The notes beneath the pieces are model-generated. The model had not been told where the DNA came from and did not search any database. It was given only the letters and a program-made list of their open reading frames with translations. A DNA stretch of 42,029 bases from Octopus bimaculoides (lineage: Eukaryota), in contig NC_069000.1 in assembly GCF_001194135.2 (NCBI RefSeq), positions 5,870,964-5,912,992 on the forward strand. Reading direction: 5' to 3'. Position numbers and translations under genes: made by a program. Each line of letters opens with the position of its first letter. The first letter of the stretch is position 1. Shown one piece after another: positions 38,400 through 42,029 of the stretch.

Positions 38400-38600
38400 C
38401 ATCCTGTCGGTTTCGAGACGAATGTTCTAGTTGATCCCTTCAACGGAGTAGTCAGCACGAGAAACTGACATGAAAGTGGCTGAGTAATCCACAGACATGC
38501 ATACCCTTAACATAGTTCTCAGGGATATTCAGCAAGACACAGAATGTGTCAAGGTTGATCCTTTGAATTACAAGCAGCACTTATTTTGTCAGCTGAGTGT
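38400..38600 (-). mobile_element. SINE 3' tail domain with a C/D mosaic junction
   Basis: The reverse complement tgtaattcaaaggatc overlaps the end of family C copy 4638-4840 (tgtatttcaaaagggtc). The adjoining cagctgagtg matches the family D body at about 13275. Confidence 0.6.
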
Positions 38601-38633
38601 CCTGGCGCAATACATACATAATACATATATAAT

Positions 38634-38728
38634 AGGCGCAGGCGTGGCTGTGAGGCGCAGACGTGGCTTTGAGACGCAGGCGTGAATGTGAGGCACTGAC
38701 GTAGCTTTGAGGCACATTCGTGGCTATA
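38634..38728 (+). repeat. 5 x 19-bp minisatellite derived from the SINE B 5' end
   Basis: Units aggcgcaggcgtggctgtg / aggcgcagacgtggctttg / agacgcaggcgtgaatgtg / aggcactgacgtagctttg / aggcacattcgtggctata, compared with the SINE B head aggcgcaggagtggctgtg. Confidence 0.88.
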
Positions 38729-38896
38729 TAAATAATACAGAATGGGACAAGAACGCAAACATCCAGACAGTTAGGTGATACAAGAAAGGGAAAAAACATC
38801 CAGACAGACGATACAAAGAAAACACGGACAGGTCATTCGGAGTTTTCTCTCTTCAGTCGAGATCCAGATTATCTTTGCAATTTCGGCTGGTTATGT

Positions 38897-38933
<37 letters not shown>

Positions 38934-39112
38934 GCAAACACACACACACACATAGTTATATTTGATATGTATCATTTTCCTACTAACTACAACATTCAAC
39001 AACTGGGCTGAACAGCAATGATCCTGGAACTGCAAAAATTTGAATAACCATCGATTTTAATTTTAATTTGATTTTAATTTTAATTTGATACATTATTCAA
39101 TCTCCAAAGCAA

Positions 39113-39240
39113 CGTGGTAGCAGAATCGTAAAGGTCCGGAATGAATGCCTCACACTCTACGCTCCCGCTCTTTACATTTGGAGTTTTATTCACGCCAAGG
39201 TCAACTTTTCATTTCTTACTTCTAGGGTTCATAAGTACTA
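39113..39240 (+). mobile_element. Highly diverged family A-like SINE
   Basis: gcagaatcgta head, gagttttattcacgccaaggtcaacttttcatt...agggttcataa. Confidence 0.55.
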
Positions 39241-39786
39241 AAAGCATCATTTAAGCACTTGGGCCTTAATCACGTCTACTTAAAAATTACTATTTTTGTA
39301 CTTTGTATCAGAAAATATCACTCTATCTCGAAAAGTATGTCACCTTTTTCGCAGAGAAGCCATCAGCATACTTAGCGCGAGCAGGATATCGTATCCCATG
39401 AATGCTGATACATGGAGGCATTAATACAATAACCTGTCCTGTTAGCGCCAAGTGGATGACGAATTACTTGTGAAATAAGTGAGGTACTTATGAAATTTGT
39501 AGAAACAGTTTTTAAATACATATAGAGGTTGAAAGCAGTCTTTTTACGTGATATATGTCAGGTAATCACTCACAGACCCGAGTCATGTATGCCCACTGTG
39601 GATTTTGTTTCGTTTTTTACTATATCTAGAACAAATTCTTGTTAGTTTTAGTAGCATTTTGATGTAGGTTTGTATGTTATGTATGTAATCCCAAAAGACG
39701 GAGAAAAAACACAAGAAAAAACAACAACGTAAGGGCTCGGTACATGCAAAGTACTAATAAGACGCTCAGGGAAGGAAAGAAAGGGT

Positions 39787-39821
39787 GTTTTACGTTTTGA
39801 GCAAAGCTCTTCTTCAGAAAC
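39787..39821 (-). ncRNA. Hammerhead-like motif of a second family, with G12>A core substitution
   Basis: Minus strand GUUU CUGAAGA A GAGC-UUU-GCUC AAAA CG UA AAAC. Stem I is GUUU/AAAC, stem II is 4 bp and helix III is the ACGU palindrome, but AAAA replaces GAAA. Confidence 0.5.
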
Positions 39822-39832
39822 GGGTGACAGAG

Positions 39833-39936
39833 GAAGAAGAAGAAGAAGAAGAAGAAGAAGAAGAAGAAGAAGAAGAAGAAGAAGAAGAAGAAGAAGAAGA
39901 AGAAGAAGAAGAAGATAGTACAGTAACAACAACAGC

Positions 39937-39978
<42 letters not shown>
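39833..39978. repeat. (GAA)n followed by (GTA)n microsatellites
   Basis: Seen directly. It is the source of the poly-E/V and poly-L ORFs. Confidence 0.97.
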
Positions 39979-40226
39979 CCAGATTTTATGATGTAGGTGT
40001 GTGGTGCTGGGCTTCCGGACTTATCCCTAGGGGCCCCTATCCTCATTTCATTTTTACTGTTTTCCATTGATCGATTTCCTATAATAATCGATACGAAATT
40101 CCCTTATTGCACTCTTGTAATGTGACCCCCGTCTCTGCCACCAAAATCCGTTTTATTCCGTTGCCAATAAAAAAATACACACAAACACATACATATATAT
40201 ACATATTTATGTATATATATATATAT

Positions 40227-40436
40227 TGTTGATGTACTTGGGGATGGTCATATTGCCAGTTTAGCCAATAAAAACACACGCACTGTATATTTGGTGTTAA
40301 TTTGCTTCAGCTTTATATTACATTAATCTTAATCTTATTTCGGCCAGAGTTCTTTCGTCACACTTCTGTGACCTCATCAGTGGTCCTTTGTTTCCTTCCT
40401 TCTTATGTGTGTCTCACCTTGCTAACTATCAGCCAT
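40227..40436 (-). mobile_element. ~210-bp hammerhead-bearing repeat, copy 2
   Basis: Homologous to 27971-28182. It lies 20 bp from an assembly gap. Confidence 0.75.
40342..40386 (-). ncRNA. Candidate minimal type I hammerhead ribozyme, copy 2
   Basis: GGACCA CUGAUGA G GUCACA-GAAG-UGUGAC GAAA GAAC UC UGG-CC. The core is identical to 28090-28133, with predicted cleavage between 40347 and 40346. Confidence 0.6.
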
Positions 40437-40975
40437 TTTGTATTTTGTATATATANNNNNNNNNNNNNNNNNNNNNNNNNNNNNNNNNNNNNNNNNNNNN
40501 NNNNNNNNNNNNNNNNNNNNNNNNNNNNNNNNNNNNNNNNNNNNNNNNNNNNNNNNNNNNNNNNNNNNNNNNNNNNNNNNNNNNNNNNNNNNNNNNNNNN
40601 NNNNNNNNNNNNNNNNNNNNNNNNNNNNNNNNNNNNNNNNNNNNNNNNNNNNNNNNNNNNNNNNNNNNNNNNNNNNNNNNNNNNNNNNNNNNNNNNNNNN
40701 NNNNNNNNNNNNNNNNNNNNNNNNNNNNNNNNNNNNNNNNNNNNNNNNNNNNNNNNNNNNNNNNNNNNNNNNNNNNNNNNNNNNNNNNNNNNNNNNNNNN
40801 NNNNNNNNNNNNNNNNNNNNNNNNNNNNNNNNNNNNNNNNNNNNNNNNNNNNNNNNNNNNNNNNNNNNNNNNNNNNNNNNNNNNNNNNNNNNNNNNNNNN
40901 NNNNNNNNNNNNNNNNNNNNNNNNNNNNNNNNNNNNNNNNNNNNNNNNNNNNNNNNNNNNNNNNNNNNNNNNNNN

Positions 40976-41249
40976 GGTGGCGGTGGTAATAACATCATCA
41001 TCATAATCATCATCATCACCATCGTTTTCATGTTTCCACTGTCGTAATATTTATTTCCAATAAATATTATTGGGGGAGAAGATCAATTAAATTTTCCAGG
41101 TAATTGCTGTACCTGTGTTTAATCAACTGGGTTTTAGGGTTTGAAATGATGTAAGTGTAGGGAAGTAGTGGAGCGGAACAGGTGGTTAATGGACTGGAAC
41201 TAAAAGCATGGCGATTCACGTCGACGATAATGATGATGATGATGACGAC

Positions 41250-41284
<35 letters not shown>

Positions 41285-41630
41285 CGACGATGATGATGAT
41301 CCCAATGATGATGATGAGCAGGGGAGGAGGAAGAGGACGAAGAAGATGATGATAATGATGACGATTATAATAATGATGATAGTGATGATCAACAGCAGGA
41401 GGAGAAGGAGCTGGAGCAGGAAGAGGAAGTAGTGGATGATGACGATGATGATGATGATGATGATGGTAATGATGATGAGGAAGGGGAGGAGGAGGAGGAT
41501 CAGGGTGATAGTGATGGTGATTACCAGTTATGTTGTTAGGGTTAGAGGTTAATAACGATCACAATGATGTCGATGATGCTGATGGTGGTAGTAGTAGTGG
41601 TGGTGGTGGTGGTGGTGGTGGTGGTGTCGG
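40976..41630. repeat. Low-complexity (CAT)n, (GAT)n, (GGA)n and (GGT)n tracts
   Basis: Seen directly. Confidence 0.85.
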
Positions 41631-41729
41631 TGTGAAGTGTAGGTGGGGGGATGACGTCAGCGAGGCATTATTTCCTTTATTACGTGAATGAATGATTTCA
41701 AACCGACTGATTCATGTCGAAATATGTCA

Positions 41730-41781
41730 AACGCACGCACACACACATGCGCTCACACATGGACACACGTATACATACGAT

Positions 41782-41832
<51 letters not shown>

Positions 41833-42029
41833 ATGCACACATCACATATACACACATATAATTATACATAGGCACATGTGTGCATTTGTGTAATGAATGT
41901 AATTATGTGTGTATATATACGTACATATATATATATATGTGTTTGTGTGTATATATATATATATATATATATACATACACACATATATATAAATATATAT
42001 TTGCATATGTATAAATATATATATATATA
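41730..42029. repeat. (CA)n/(TG)n/(TA)n microsatellite mosaic
   Basis: Seen directly. Confidence 0.93.

Noticed and set aside
38634-38728. CRISPR-like array
   Set aside because: The units are contiguous with no unique spacers, the context is eukaryotic and there are no cas genes.
41652-41659. Consensus cAMP-response element TGACGTCA
   Set aside because: An isolated 8-mer with no nearby gene start, at chance level.

Overview
Eukaryotic, AT-rich, non-coding draft-assembly sequence. About 7 kb of the 42 kb is N gaps, nearly all abutting microsatellites. The repeat families resemble those I recall from Octopus, but that is an inference and was not checked. No host protein-coding exon can be supported, and almost every long ORF in the track is a microsatellite or N-gap artefact. 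The window is a mosaic of simple repeats and about 30 fragments of at least five short retroposon families. My labels are A-E; A-D have tRNA-like Pol III heads. It also holds 3' relics of restriction-like-endonuclease (RLE) non-LTR retrotransposons: two R4/Dong-like families and one CRE-like fragment. A Tc1 transposase 5' relic and a mariner-type MITE are present. The most notable signals are three. (1) A ~210-bp repeat present twice (27971-28182, 40227-40436, minus strand) folds into a minimal type I hammerhead ribozyme, and a second hammerhead family at 39787-39821 has a mutated core. (2) An R4-like family has both copies flanked by (TAA)n on both sides despite different 5' truncation points, indicating microsatellite-targeted insertion; a sister family is associated with (TACA)n. 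(3) Several long inverted structures occur, including a tail-to-tail SINE hairpin and an interleaved A-B-A'-B' inverted repeat. All alignments were made by eye, so boundaries are approximate.
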